Assembly (NCBI RefSeq): GCF_036971445.1
Contig: NC_091476.1
Span: 102,858,001 to 102,922,000 of the forward strand
Direction: 5' to 3'
Length of the DNA: 64,000 bases
Source of the DNA: Narcine bancroftii
Lineage: Eukaryota
The notes beneath the pieces were generated by a model. It did no database searches, had not been told where the DNA came from, and saw only the letters and a program-made list of their open reading frames with translations. Numbering within the stretch: position 1 is the first letter of the stretch; the number at the start of each line of letters is the position of its first letter. Positions 28,401 through 43,400 of this stretch are shown one piece after another. Made by a program: the position numbers and the translations under genes.

Positions 28401-31400
28401 AATTCCCTGTACCAATGGAGATGCGGCTCTCTGCAAACACTGATCTATTGCAGTACTACGACTCAACTCAGTGTACTGCACACTTTGCCTGTGACTCCTC
28501 CAGCAATGGACACATTAGCAACCTGGCATGGACCAATGTCCAGGACCTGGGCCAAGAGGCAAGGAAAGAAACTCAATCAGGAACTCATTTCAGGACTCTT
28601 GCAGCACTTTATTGATTTTCTTTGTTTTCAATTCTTTTATCTTTCCATGCATCTATTGTTGATTATTTACTTTGGAAATTCACAGCACTAAACCAGAAAG
28701 AAGATGATAAATTATAAAATGCTGAAAATAGCAGGTCAGGCACCATCAAAGAGGATTGTAAGCTGTTTTTCAATTATCAAAGGACGATGGAGTTGTTCTA
28801 GTGAACCGGTGAGGACTCGAAAGGCCAACATGGCCTGTTTCGGCTCCGTAAATGATTATATGGCATGCATCGACCTTTATACTGTTTTGAGCTGGGCATC
28901 TGGCCAATGATATCACTGAGTAATTTAAATGATCCAATGGTAAGGTGTGCTCTACCTTGATTGGTATGTGATGTGACTTCCAAATAAGTTTCAGACAGGG
29001 AGGTCACGTGACCCTGCACAATATTCCAGAAAGGTTCCATTATTGTCACACAATACTACATTTAGAATGAAATTCTTTAAACTTCTATCTACTGTCAGGC
29101 AGAGAGTTGCCACTTTGCCCAATGCCCCTCACAGAAACCTGCAGCACTTGGTGTTCTTAGGCGGTCTCCCCTCCAAGTACTGACCAATCTTGTGCCTACT
29201 TAGCTTCCAAGATCAGACAATCCCAGTTGTATTCAGGCTATTAGGTGCTGTTAGGGAGGCCACGTGTTCCTCCACAATCCATATATAACATTTTATAGGA
29301 GGGATGAAGATGTAAAAACTCCAAAAGGAAATATTGGGAATCAGATGTAACAAAGTTGCACTCACCACATCTGTAAAGGCCTTAAAATGGTAATCCTTCA
29401 GAGCACAATTGTATAGACTGACGTTGAGGTATTGTCCTAAAAGGGTGTCAAGCATTGAACCTGAAAAAGGATGAGATATCTTTTCTCAGTCATCAACCAG
29501 CAAAAAAAATTCTGCGATAAAATAAATGAATCATTCTTTGCAAACTTGTTTGAGAATGCACCTCATTAGCTTGGTGATATCATTTTCAGATGACACAGGA
29601 AGTTGTGAATTCCTGCTTTATGACACAATCATAAACCAATTTGTATTTGTAACTGGAAATTTCCTTATTCCTAACACATCATCCCATCTTTTCTACACAA
29701 TATTCCTTACAGTAATGTTTGAACTAGGAACTCTGCAAAGTGTCCTCAACAACTTACAATATGCAGCGCAAGGAAAGGTACTTCATGAGTTCTTGTATTT
29801 GTCTCCTCCTTGGCTGGGAAACCTTTGACAGCATAGTACAACAAACTCACCATGCAGATAGAAACTTGGAAAAGCCCAAAATTCTGCACTGCCACTCACT
29901 GGTCACTCAGTAGATTGTTGGTTGCTTAACCCAAGTGTTCTACTGTGAGTGGATGGAAGGAGAATAGAACTTACTGTCCAACACTCTGTCCAGTTCAGTC
30001 TCTTCAGGGAATGTTCTCTCTTCATTTCCCAAAGTCTTCAATGGAAGCTGCAGAAAAAACACGTTAATCAATCTCTGCCAGCAAATATTCTGACCTGCAC
30101 AAAGATCTATGTTAGTTCGCAACGTCCGATTATGCTTGTAATTTTACAAAATAGTATCCATTGAGACATTCACCTCACATACAATCCCATCAAATCCAAT
30201 ATTAACATTTTCATAATTCTTAGTCAACATTTGCAATCAGTTGATATCAATAAATATCAGGTCCACTTATGTTACCTGAAGCTCCAAATGGATCTTGTAG
30301 GAGCTAAGAGAGGAGATAATATTCACTGCTTTGTTTAGACTTGCTTATCAGACTGTGTCAAGATTCAATTTATTGTCACGTAATAAAAAGTCTGCTGTAA
30401 GGCAGACAGATTTACCATCGACAGAAATTGCTTGAAGGGCCTCTTACAGTCAGAGAAAGAAAGTTCTCCCCAGAGTCACCCAGTGTCCAAGGATTTGCCT
30501 CCAGCACTCCTGCAGACTCCACAGCCACTCAGAGTCCAGTTCAAATAATCAGCCACCCGAGTTCCAGATCAGAACCACCAATATGATTAGGAACCCTTCA
30601 GTGCACTACTTGGCACCCTCTCGCATCCGGTTCCAATACCTAGTACCCATTCAAGCCAGTCTCCAGCAGTCTACTACCTGGTGCTACTCCCTGGACCACA
30701 GTCTCCAACACCCCATAGCCTGAATAGGTTCCTCTCCTCAAGTTATCAACAGCCCGCTGTTTGTGCGGGTCCTTCAGCCACAGAACCCCCAACGTTCACT
30801 GCCTTGGTCAATGTCCCATGGATCATCTCCTCTGCTTCTCCTTTCTTCTCCCCATTTTCTGGTGCCCTGGACCAGTCCTCCACTTCCCTGGAGTCTGCAA
30901 TCCCTTGTAGCTGCTGCTGATCCTAGGCACTGCCATCTTGGGTGCAGATCCTGTGGTTGCAGGATTTTAAATAACACCATCGTCAGGTCGTTTAAAGCCT
31001 GAACGAAGTTGATGGCAGTCAGTCTGGGCGGTTGGACCCCATGGGAGTACTGTCTCTCCGCTCCCCATGGGTCCACACCAGCAGCACTCCCATTACAGCA
31101 GCTCTGACAGTGTCACCATTTTTCAAACTACGTCTCAATGATATATCTCCAAGATACCCACCCAGCTTATTTATAACATTCTCATTGCTCACTCAAACTT
31201 TGGCAAAATCAGCACTGGAATGGATCCTGACACTTGCACCTGAATTAAGGATGCATAGCTTAAAAACAGATTAAAGAAATCACCACAGTCCTGTAGTACT
31301 TCTTCAAAAGAATATTGCTCATGTGTAAGCCTTAACAGGAATTACCAGCCAGGTATTTAACTGCAGAAGGTCATCAATCACATCCAGAGGTCTTGATAAG

Positions 31401-34400
31401 CATGCGGTTATCTTTGTCAACAGAGATAACTAGTTGGTGTCTCCAACGTTTAATATTTCCCCTTCACAACAATGTCAATTTTATTACTTAAGATACTGCT
31501 CTAGTGCTATCCTTGAGTCTCTGCTTCCCCAGTAGGTTAGAAATTTTTACAGTGATCATAGTCTGAAGAGGGCACACAAAATTGTTGCGGATTCCTTCCA
31601 CTCCTGTATCTCTTTCAGCTACTCCCGTCAGAAAATAGATACAGGAGTATCAGAGCTGGCACCACTAGGTTGAGAAACATCTTTTTCCCATGGGCAGCGA
31701 GAATGCTGAATGACAAAAGGAACTGCTTACACTAACCATCCTAGACTCTCATATTTACTAAACAATGTAGAATTATTTATTTCTATATAGGAGTTTGTCC
31801 TGCATAGGTATTGCTTGCCTGTATGACTGTATGTCTAGTTGAGTGTCTGCATGTTGTTTGCACTGAGGACCAGAGAATGCAGTTTCTTCAGGTTTTACTT
31901 GTGCAATCAGATGATAAAAAACTTGACATGACTTGAACATGACACAAGGGACAACAACCATCACCTGAAAAACTTACCTTTTCCACCTGCTGCTTATATA
32001 CTTTAGTGGCACATTCACTTAATTGAAGCCGAAGAACATCTCTTATTTCCTCATCCAACACAACCGAAAGGATATTTTCCTCTAGTACCATCTCATTTAC
32101 TGTTTCTTTCACCTGTGATGTTAATAAAAGGTTCAGTGACAAACATCTTTGAGTGCCCCGAGGCAGATATATAGAAGCATGAAATCTAGGCAACCATTCT
32201 TCACCAGCAACACTACATAAACAGCAATATAATGAATGGGTATTTTCACAATTTCTGAAGCATTGGTTAAGAAAAAAATATTGTCTAAAATGGTCGTCTT
32301 CAAGCAGTCTCAGAGGATTTAATCAGAATTTATTCAAACATGAGCTGACATTCTTGGCCAATTTTTTTGTACCAGAACCATGGGATCATTGAGCAGTGAA
32401 ATTATTTTGATTGGATGATGAGCCAAAAACTTTGAAATACCATGCCACTACCAGTAAAAAGAGCAAAAGAGTTCCAGATATTTTTTTGCTCTCAACCAAC
32501 ATTATTGTTTTTAGCAAGTTCTTGCTGTGCACCTATTGGCTCCATCATTTCCACTATGGCAGCAGTGACTACATTTCAGATTCTATATCTATTGGAGCTT
32601 AACATCCATTTTTAAAGTACCATGCATCATTTTCCTAGCCATGATTCAGTTGGTAGTACTTGTAAATTTGTGTCAGAAGTTTGTTGGGTTCAAGACCCAC
32701 TCTAGATGTGAGGACAAAACTGAAGGTTGATGTTTCAGAGCTGAGAGAGTGCTGTACAGACAGAGGGGTTTTTTTTGGTTTAAGACGAGACATTTAATTA
32801 TGGAAATATTTAAAAAATCTCTAAGAGCAGCAGAAAAATCCCCAATGTTTATCCTTCGATTTATTATCACATTGTTGTTGGTGAGAGAATGCTGTGCACA
32901 AACTGGCTTTCAGGCTAAACTTTCTGCAGTCATGACAACAATTTAAGAATGTTTAATTGATTGTGATGTGCTTTGAAGTGCCCAAAATCAAAATAGGGAA
33001 CATTTTCTTGCTTTATTTATCAATTCCAATAAATGGAAAACATTTTATCCATCTATTATTTTGACAGCATTATAGGAAAAGAGCATTTTTTTAAAAATAT
33101 TGCTTAGTCGATGTTCATTAAGAGGAAATTTAACAAATGTCAAACTTCAATTTTACAGAGAATACTTCTCAATCTAATAATATTCTTCAAGGAGACCTAC
33201 AATTTGTGGCACCATTGGCTCAATCGTCTCCATTATTAATTCATTGACGGTGGCAGTGGTCAGGTGAATGTTAAACTCCTCAAAAACATTTCTGATCATT
33301 TCTCTCATGAGGTCACTAATTTCTTCCTCCAAGAGTGTTTCTGATACTGATACAGCTGGTTGTTGGCTGATTGCACTCAGTTGTGAGGTTTGTCTGAAAA
33401 ATACAATTGGCATTTTTAGAAATTTTATCAGAAAATCATACCACATGATATTAACAGAAGATTAGCAATTGGAGAGGAAAAACGCTGTGCACGTTGGAAG
33501 TCAGGAAAAAAATTGCTGAAATAACTTTGCAGATCAAGCTGTATCAATGGGAAGAGGAACAAAATCAAAAAGTCAAGGAAACTTGATCAGAATTGGAAAA
33601 GTAAGAACCATACTTTGCAAAAGGAAAGATGTATGGAGAAAACAGAAGAAATGTTTGTGATGGAATGCAGACCAACATTTAATGCTATCCCACAGTTGTC
33701 CTTGAAAAATAACTCTTTCAACTGGTTTGAACATGACAGCCATTACTCTCGATTACAGCATGAGGAAACAAGTATTTGGGAATATTTGAGTGATTGTTTA
33801 ACAAATCACAAGAACGAATGTCCCTCTAAAAAGGCAAATCTGCACTAAAATATCAGGCTAGATAAAATGTCGTTACCTTTCAGCACGACCAAGGATTTAT
33901 AATGAAATATATATGTTTACAATATATATTCACTGAATTTTGATTTTCCTGATTTTTTTGTTTTGTTTTCATTTCAGCATTTGCAGTTTTTTTTTGCCCT
34001 TCATCAAATAAACCTGATTACTAAGTGAGGATATCTAAAGTGTATTACACAGGTTTCTGATTTATGATTGCCCTAGTCATCCAAGAATCTTGTGGTTCTC
34101 GCAAGTCCTTCAGCCAATCTTCAAGCCTCAGGAAATGCTTTTCACTAAATGAACATTGGGATATTGCTGTAAGCAACTTCATGGTTTCCAGGATAAGAAA
34201 ATGGTTCTTCAACAGTGAAATTTTACATGATGTAAAACTCTAATTTTAACTAAGAGGTCTAGTTGTTATCTATTGTTATATATATATTTAGAAGGATGAG
34301 AGGGGATCTGATTAAAGCACATAAGATTATTAAGGGATTGGACAAGCTAGAGGCAGGAAACATGTTCCCCATGTTTACATATGACTGGGAGCTAAATATT

Positions 34401-37400
34401 CCTGAATTTAGTTGCTTTAGGTGTGATAGAACTAGGGGGGGCAAGAGGGGGTGGGGTTGCACAACTTATTAGAGAAAATATTACAGCGGTGCTTAGGTGC
34501 GATGGAATAGAAGGCTCGTCCAGGGAGGCTATTAGGGTGGAATTGAGGAATGGGAAGGAAGTTACAATTATAGGGGTGTATTATAGACCTCCAAATGGGG
34601 AATGCGAATTAGAGGAACAAATTAGTAGGGAGATAGCAGATATTTGTAATAAGCACTGGGTAGTGATTGAGGGTGATCTTAATTTTCCGAATATTGATTG
34701 GGAAACACATTCCGTTAGAGTTTGTAAAATGTGTGCAGGATAGTTTTTTACATCAATACGTGGCGGTACCAACTAGAGAGGGAGCTGTGTTGGATTTGCT
34801 GTTGGGGAATGAGATGAGTTAGGTGACAGAGGTATGTGTGGGGGAGCACTTCGGGTCCAGTGATTATAGTGCCATTAGCTTCTTCAAGGTAATTATAGAA
34901 AAGGATAGGTCTGGGCCCAGATTTGAGTTTTTTGAGTGGGGAAAAGCTAGGTTTGAGGAGATGCGAAAGGATTTACAAGGGGTGGATTGGGACAATTTGT
35001 TTTCTGGGAAGGATGTAATAGAGAAATGGTGGGTCTTTTAAAGGAGAGATTATAAGAGTACAAAATCTTTATAAACCTGTTAGGTTGAAAGGTCAGGTCA
35101 AAAGTTTGAGAGAGCCATGGTTCTCAAGGGATATTGGAAACTTGGTTCGAATAAAGAGGGAGTACTACAATAAATATAAGAAAAAGGGAAAAAAGGAGAT
35201 GTTTGGGTTCTATATTGAATGTAAAGAATCTTAAGAAAGAAATTAGAAAAGCTAAAACATCAGAGGTGGCTATAGCAAGCAGCGTGAAAATAAATCCAGA
35301 GGGTTTCTACAAATATGTAAATAGCAAAAGGAAAGTGAGAGATAAAATTGGTCTAACAGAGAATCAGAAAGGACAAATGTGTGTGGAGCCAAAAGAGATG
35401 GGGGAGGTCTTGAACAATTTCTTTTCCTCAGTATTTACTGAGGAGAAGGATATTGAACTATGCAAGGTAAAGGAAGCAAAGGGGATATATATGGAGACTA
35501 TACTGATTAAGAAAGAGGTAGTACTGGAGCTTTTGAAACATATAAAGGTGGATAAGTCTCCAGGTCCTGACAGGATTTTCCCCAGGACCTTGAGAGTAGT
35601 GAGGAAATAGTGGAGGCTCTGACAGTGATTTTTCAAATGTTATTAGAGATGGGTATAGTGCCAGAGGATTGGCGTGTTGCGCATGTGGTTCCTTTGTTTA
35701 AAAAGGGTTCAAGGACCAAGCCTAGCAATTATCGGCCTGTAAGTTTGACGTCTGTGGTAGGTAAATTGATAGAAAGTGTTCTTAGAGATAGTATATATAA
35801 GTAAATGGAGGGACAGGGTCTGATCAGGGACACTCAACACAGATTTGTGCGTGGAAGGTTGTGTTTGACCAATCTTGTTGAATTTTTTGATGAGGTGATT
35901 AGGAATGTTGATGATGGTAGAGCAGTGGATGTTGTCTATATGGACTTCAGTAAGGCCTTCGATAAGGTTCCACATGGGAGGTTAGTTAGGAAGGCTAATT
36001 CCTTTGGTATTAATTCGGAGATAGTCCAATGGATTCAACAGTGGCTGGAAGGAAGGTGCCAGAGAATAGTAGTAGATAATTGTTTGTCAGGATGGAGGCC
36101 GGTGACAAGCGGTGTACTCAGGGTTCGGTATTGGGACCGTTGCTGTTTGTCATATATATTAATGATCTGGAGGATGGGGCGGTAGTAAATATGCAGATGA
36201 TACTAAAATACGGGGAATTGTGGATGATGAAGAGGGTTTTCAAAGATTGCAGAAGGATTTAAACTGCTTAGAGGAGCGGGCAGAAAGATGGCAGATGGAG
36301 TTTAATGCTGATAAGTATGAGGTGCTTCATTTTGGAAAGAATAATCAAAGCAAGACTTATGTGGTAAATGGGACGGCATTGAAGAATGCAGTGGAGCAGG
36401 AAGATCTAGGAATAGCGGTGCATTGTTCCCTGAAGGTAGGGGCGCATGTGGATAGGGTGGTGAAGAAGGCCTTTAGTATGCTTGTCTATATAAATCAGTG
36501 CATAGAATATAGGAGTTGGGAAGAAATGATGAAACTGTTCAAGGCATTGGTGAGGCCAAATTTAGAGTATTGTGTACAGTTCTGGTCACTGATTTATAGG
36601 AAGGATATTAACAAGATAGAGAGAGTGCAGAGAAGATTTACAAAAATGTTGCCTGGGTTTCAGCATCTGGAATACAAGGAAAGATTGAGCAAATTAGGTC
36701 TTTATTCCTTGGAACGTTGAAGGCTGAGAGGGGATTTGATAGAGGTGTTTAAGATAATGAGAGGGATAGATAGAGTTGATGTGGAAAGACTTTTCCCATT
36801 GAGAGTAGGAGAGATGGATACAAGAGGTCATGGGTTGAGAGTTGACGGGCAAAGGTTTAGGAGTGACATGAGGGGGGAACTTCTTTACTCAGTGTTTGGT
36901 TACTTTGTGGAATGGGCTTCCAGGAAAGGTGATGGAGGCAGGGTCAATTTTGTCATTTAAGAAAGAGTTGGGTAAGTACATGGATGGGAGGGAGATGGAG
37001 GGATATGGGCAGAGTGCTGGTAAATGGGCTTAGAGGAGGGTACTTGGATCAGTGCGGACTAGAAGGGCCAAATTGGCCCGTTTCCGTGCTGTAATTGTTA
37101 TATGGTTATATGATATGGGAGAAGGCAGGAGCGGGGTACTCATTGTGGATGATCAGCCATAATCACAGTGAATGGCGGTGCTGGCTTGAAGAGCTGAATG
37201 GTCTACTCCTGCACCTATTGTCTTATTGCATATCATCCTTTTATAATACAATATAATTTTAATAATGATAGATCCACAATTATTTAAAGTGGATTTTTAT
37301 TTCCTCTACCTGTCATTGTGCAGTGGAGGAATCACTTCCCAGTGCCCCCGTCGAAGATCAGCAAACGATTGATTAGGAATTGCATTGGATGTCACCAACA

Positions 37401-40400
37401 ACCTAGAATAGTGAATGTGCACAAAGGAGAAAATAATTACCAAGCTAATTATGGTAAAATTAAAAACAATATCAACTCATCTCAAATAAAAATAACAATG
37501 TAAATTTTTGCAATGCAATTTAGCCTGTATATTCCTCCATGACTCTTTTATTGAACAGGAAAACATAAGGAAAACATTAAGCTACTCTGCACTATTCAGT
37601 GGAAATGGTAATTGGGATACCTTCTATTCCACAAAGAATCCTTGAATTATGTTAATAGCATTGTAATGAGATGGAAGTAATGAGTTTGAAGTCTATTTCA
37701 ACTTTCAGGTGAACTGTGTTTTGCTGGGGCCTTATTCAATAACTCATGCTGAAATCAATTTTTTTTTTGTCATGATCTCAGAACTATTCCTAAATCAGTC
37801 ATGGCAACTGCCCACTAACCTACCCCCCAACTACTATATCCTTTATCTACCCATGAACAATAAACTCTTAAAACAAACTGCTGTAGGAACTCAGCAGATC
37901 AAGCAGCATCTATAGAGGTAAAGGATGGTTGTCATTTTGGGCTGAGACCCATATGCCACTCATGCCACCACAGATGCTAGTCAATCTGTCAAGTTTCTCC
38001 ACCAATCTGGTTTTTTTTTGTCCCCGATTCTAGCATTTGCAATTTCATGCATCTCCAATATAAACTAGTTTGAGGGACAGTACTGAATAGTTCTATTTCA
38101 AAGAATGATTAAAAGAATCATATCCAGAATTTAAATTTTCTTGCCATTTCTGAATCTAAAGAATTTTAAATTCAAACTCACTAGCAGCTTCAATTTCAAC
38201 TACCCAAAAACAGAATCATGATTAGAGTACATTTATTTGGTTTTAGCAAGATTATGAGGTGAGCTTTTTAAATTGACAAATTGATTTGACAGAATAGAGA
38301 GAAATTGTTTCACTCCAGATCAAAAGTTGAAATAAAGAAACACATATTCTACACAAAGCTGCGAAAACATGGACTTATGAACACTCCCTCAAAAAGCTGT
38401 GTGTTTAGAATCACTTGAAATTTTCAGTTAAGAGTGCATGGATTTTGTGTAAAATTCAGATTTATTGTCAAAGTACACATACAACCCTGAGACTATTTTT
38501 CCTGCAGCTGAGGTATAATTACCACTGATTGGTAGTGCAAAATACTGTATTTAAGATATGTATACAGGTAGACAGATAAAGAAATCTAAACAAACTGTGC
38601 AATACAGAGAGAAAGACCATCAATAAAGTGCAAAAGGAAGAATCCTTAAATGAGCCTCTGAATGAGTTTTTTGTTGAATCTGATGGTGGAAGGGTAGCAG
38701 CTGTTTCTGAACCTGGTGGTGCATACTTTGTGGTACCTAATCCATTTTCCTGATGGCAGCAGTGAGGACAGAGTGTGCGTTATGTGGATCCTTGGTAATT
38801 GCTGCTGCTCTCTGATGGCAGCATTCCCTGTAGATGTTCTCGACGGTGGGGAGGGTTTTGCCTGTGATGTCTTACGCTGCATCCACTACCTTTTAGCATG
38901 GCTTTCCACTCAGGGGTATTGGTCTACCCATACCAGACAGTGATGCATCCAGTCAGCAACCTTTCCACCGCACATGTGGAGATATTTGCTTGGTTTTCAA
39001 TGTCATACCAAACCTCCGCAAACTCCTGAGGAAGTAGACGCGCTGATATGCTTTCTTCATGATGATCTCAGTGTGTTGGGTCCAGGAAAGATCCTGTGAG
39101 ATATTGACTCCCAGGAACTTACAATTTGCTCACCCTCTCCATCTCTGATTTCTCAGTGATCACTGGATCATACACCTTTGGTTTTCCCTTCCTGGTCAAT
39201 AATCACCTTCTTTTAGTTTTGGTGACATTGAGTGTGAGGTGGTTGTTGGTGCACCATTCAGCTAAGTTTTTAATTTCCCTCCTGTATGCTGACTCTCCGT
39301 CGCTTTTTATACAGGCCAATATCCCGCAGTATCATCAGTAAATTTGTAAATTGTGTTGTGGAACATTGTGAGCCACATAGTCATAGGTGTATAGTGAATA
39401 GAGCAGGGGGCTGCATACCTGATGGAGATTGTAGAGGAGAGGTTCTTACCAGTCCTCACTGATTATGCTCTGATGGTGAGGAAATTCAGGATCCAATTGC
39501 ACAGTGGGGTATTGAGACCAAGGTCCTGGAGTTCTCTGATGAATTTTGAGGGGATGATAGTGTTAAATGCCAAACTGTAGATGATAAAGAGCATCCTGAT
39601 TAATGTATCCTTGATGTTGCAGGGCCATGTGTCAAGCAGTGAGATGGCATCCAGTGTAGACCTGTTGCTATGCTAGGCAAAGTTGAACATATTAAAAACC
39701 ACACCAAAATGCTGGAGAAACTCAGCCAGTCTTTTCAGTGTCCATAAAAAGCAACTCTATATTGCAGGTCTGAGCCCTTCATCAAGGAATAAGCAGAATG
39801 AGTCAGAAGTAGGAAATCTCAGGAGGGAGGAATCTCAGGAAATCTCAGGGGGAAGAATCCAGACCAACAAATAGTGTTAATTGGGCATGATAAGGGACGA
39901 GGCAAGAATTTATCATGTTTGTGCGAAAGGAGACAGGGAAAAGGAAGAGAGACAAAGCTGGGGGAAGAAGTGAGGGAGGTGGTTTAACAAAAGCCAAAGT
40001 GGTCGATATTAATGCCATCTGATTGGAGGGTGCACAGTCAGAAGATGAGGTGTTGCTCCTCCATTTTGCAGGTGGTCTCAGTCTGGCAGTACATGACACT
40101 ATGGACAGATGTGTTAGCAAGGGAATGAGATGGGGAACTGAAATGGGTGGCCACTGATAGATCAACGGTATTGCGGCGGATCTAATGATCTGGTATGGAA
40201 GATCTCATCCTAGGAGCAGATGCGATCTCAGAAGACAAACTCTCAGCAGACATCTTATACAAACACACCAACTCCCACAAATTCCTTGACTGCACCTCTT
40301 CCCACCCTGCCCCCTGTAAGGATTCCATTCCATTCTCTTACCTCACCCCTTATCATATCCAATTATCACCTTGTGTTGGTCTGAATTACTCCCCTGGCCG

Positions 40401-43400
40401 CCATTGTCCGAATTTTGAGATTTTCTGCTTCTGGCTCATTCTTCTTATTCCTTGAAGAAGGGCTCAGGCCTGAAACATCAGCAATATATATTTGCTTTTT
40501 ATGGATGCTGAAAAGACCAGCTGAGTTACTCCAGATTTTCAGTGTTTGTTTTTTACTGCAGACTTTCATGTTTCATTCAAATTGGAACGTATCCATGTTG
40601 TTACTCAGACAGGAGCTGATATGCTTCAACATTAGCCTTTCAAAACACCATCACTGTGGATGTGAGAGCCACTGGTCGATAAGGCAAGTTACTACACTTT
40701 TCTTGGCCTGTTTGAAACACAGTACTACGCCCAGCCGGAGGGAGATGTTGATGATATCTGTGAATTAATTGGCAAATTAGTCAACACAGGTTCTTAATAC
40801 TTGGCCGTGTACTGCTTTCCTCAGATTCACTCTCCTGAAGACAGTCTGCATGCCATCCTCAGATACGGACAGGAGATCATCAGGGGACAAGGGGGTGCGC
40901 AGTAGTGGTACTTCCTTATTTTTGAGGTCAAATCAAGTGTTCATCTGGGAGTGAAGCTTTGCTGTCTCCTACTGCAAAGTAGCAATTTATGTCATTTACA
41001 CCTTGCCACAGCTGTCATGTATTCTTCCTTGCTTCCATTTTTACAGAATGAACAAGGGACATTCAGCCAATATGTATGAAAGGATCTGAGGTACATATCA
41101 GTAATTATCTACATGATTGGAAAAACATGATCAAGAATCTTTGAAATAAGCATACCTGGGCAAGCTGGATGGGGAGTACACCTTCTGCCTGTAATGATGA
41201 CTCTTTGAATGGGCACGTTGATGAACATCACTATCCACAGGGTTATCCCATCCTGTCCAAGTAACAAGGCCAAGCTGTCGTCGAATGTGATTAAAACTAC
41301 AAAGGAATATAGAGTGCCATTAGGGACTGATAGAGTAATAAAGTAAACCACCAGGTTCAGGTACAGCTCCTACCCCTCCACCATCACATTCCTCAACAAC
41401 AACTCATTTAAGGACTCTTAATTGTGCACTTTATTGATTTTTAAAATTCTCTCTATATTGCAGTCAGTTTCTTTACATTTGTTATATGTTTACAGTTCTT
41501 TATTTACTTACATGTATTCACTGAGTACAGTTTATTTTTTGCAGTACCATTAAGTCAAAATTCTGCCTCGCCAGCAGAAAAAAGAATCTCAGGGAAGTAT
41601 GTGATGTCATGTATGTACTCTGACAATAAATCTGAAATCTAAATGGTTAGAGCTTGGAAAAAGACAACTTAGCCTTTTGAGCCTGTAACAATTGTATGTA
41701 AGAGCAATCCAGCTAGTCCACTCTCCTGTTTTCTCCCCACCCAGCAAATTCTCTATGTGAATGTTTATTTAGCTACAATTGAATTAGGTTCCATTATCAC
41801 CCATAGCAGTACATTCCAAATCTTAACCAGTGAACAAATAAATGTTTCCTCTTGTTACCTTGGGTTCTTTTGCTGATCACTTTATTCAATGTCTAGCAGT
41901 TTTTGACTCCTCCATCAATGTGAACTCTTTCTTTCTAACTTCTCTGTTTATGCTTTCTTGATTCTTCATACCTTTGTCGGCATACCTCACAATCTTTGTT
42001 TCAAGAGAAAAATCCAGGTTTCTCCAATCTATTCACATTTTTGAAGTCACTCATTTCTGGAATAATTGTAGTTTCTCTCTTCTGCACATCTTGAAACCTT
42101 TTGGACACAATATTCCACAGTGACCGAGCCAATGTTTAATACCCATTGTGGGACCTTGCTGTGCACATATTAGCTGTTGTGTCCACACAATACAAAACAG
42201 AATAAATTTTAAAAAGTTGGCTGTAAAGTATCTTGGGAGATTTTGAGGTTGTGAGAGATTAGGATTTGGAATGTATAAATTGATAAAATGGTGGGTATTC
42301 TAAAGATAAGTAGGCAATATAAGAAGAAAAATGGTATCGCTATGTGGAAAGAAAATCTAACAAGAAAAGAGTTACTTTTTTAAAGAGTAGGCATAGCCTT
42401 AAATAAGTCTGATGACTTCCTGTACGGTACAGCACAAAAAAAGTCCTTTCAATGAATCTCTGCAGCGTTAATTTACGTGACAGAAAATATAATGATAAAG
42501 GATAGTGAATTCTAAAGACTAAAGGAAAAACACATTTTGAAGTGAGCCATAACTAGCAGCGGGCAGTAGAGGGTTCAGCTTGAACTAAATGCCTGCCCCT
42601 CTTCTGAAAACCAAAGTGCTCACTGGCATTTTTGAGGGTCTCTGGAAATGGTTGGCTCCCCAAGGGTTTGACAGTATCAACAGAGATTTGTCTTTTGTGT
42701 GAATTTGTCATTTGTAATATGTTTTGTAAGAATAGCCTGAATTGTAGACTAATGTAGTACGTGTAACTTTTGAATGATGAATAAAGGAGCAGTACTGATT
42801 TACCACCAAAAATGCAAAAACAAAATGAGCCATACCTTATCATTCCTTCCAAGAAGATTACTAACACAACTTTAATCAATTAATTATAAAATAGATTCCT
42901 CTTGAACATTATGTGAGAGAGATGACTCAGACTGAATTAACAGCAAGTTGTACCAAGTAAACAAAGAATTTTTTCAAAATGATATGAAGATCTATTTGTA
43001 AACATTTTCTTTTATTTTTAATCAGGCATTCATATTGTTTTGGAGATGAAAAAATAATATTGTTATGAAATTTACCAAGTTCCCTTCTGCAGAAATCAGT
43101 CAGTTGCTTTGCAACAACAATCAAGTGTTGGGAAAAGAATTCCAAAAAGGACAAACTATCAGGTGGTCAAGTTAAAGGCCATGAACAACACAAGCACCAA
43201 AAGAGGTGGCGGGTTGGGCCCAAAATATAAATGTGCTTGCAACACTAAAAGCAATAAAATGAAAAGATCACAAAGAGATGTAATTTTTAAAAAGTTATTT
43301 TTGTATTAAGTGCAGAGATGATGAAAATCAGAGCCAGAGAACAATGTATTCTCATCTTTCATCTTGCCTTAGGGTCAAAAATCTTGACTACATCTGCAAT

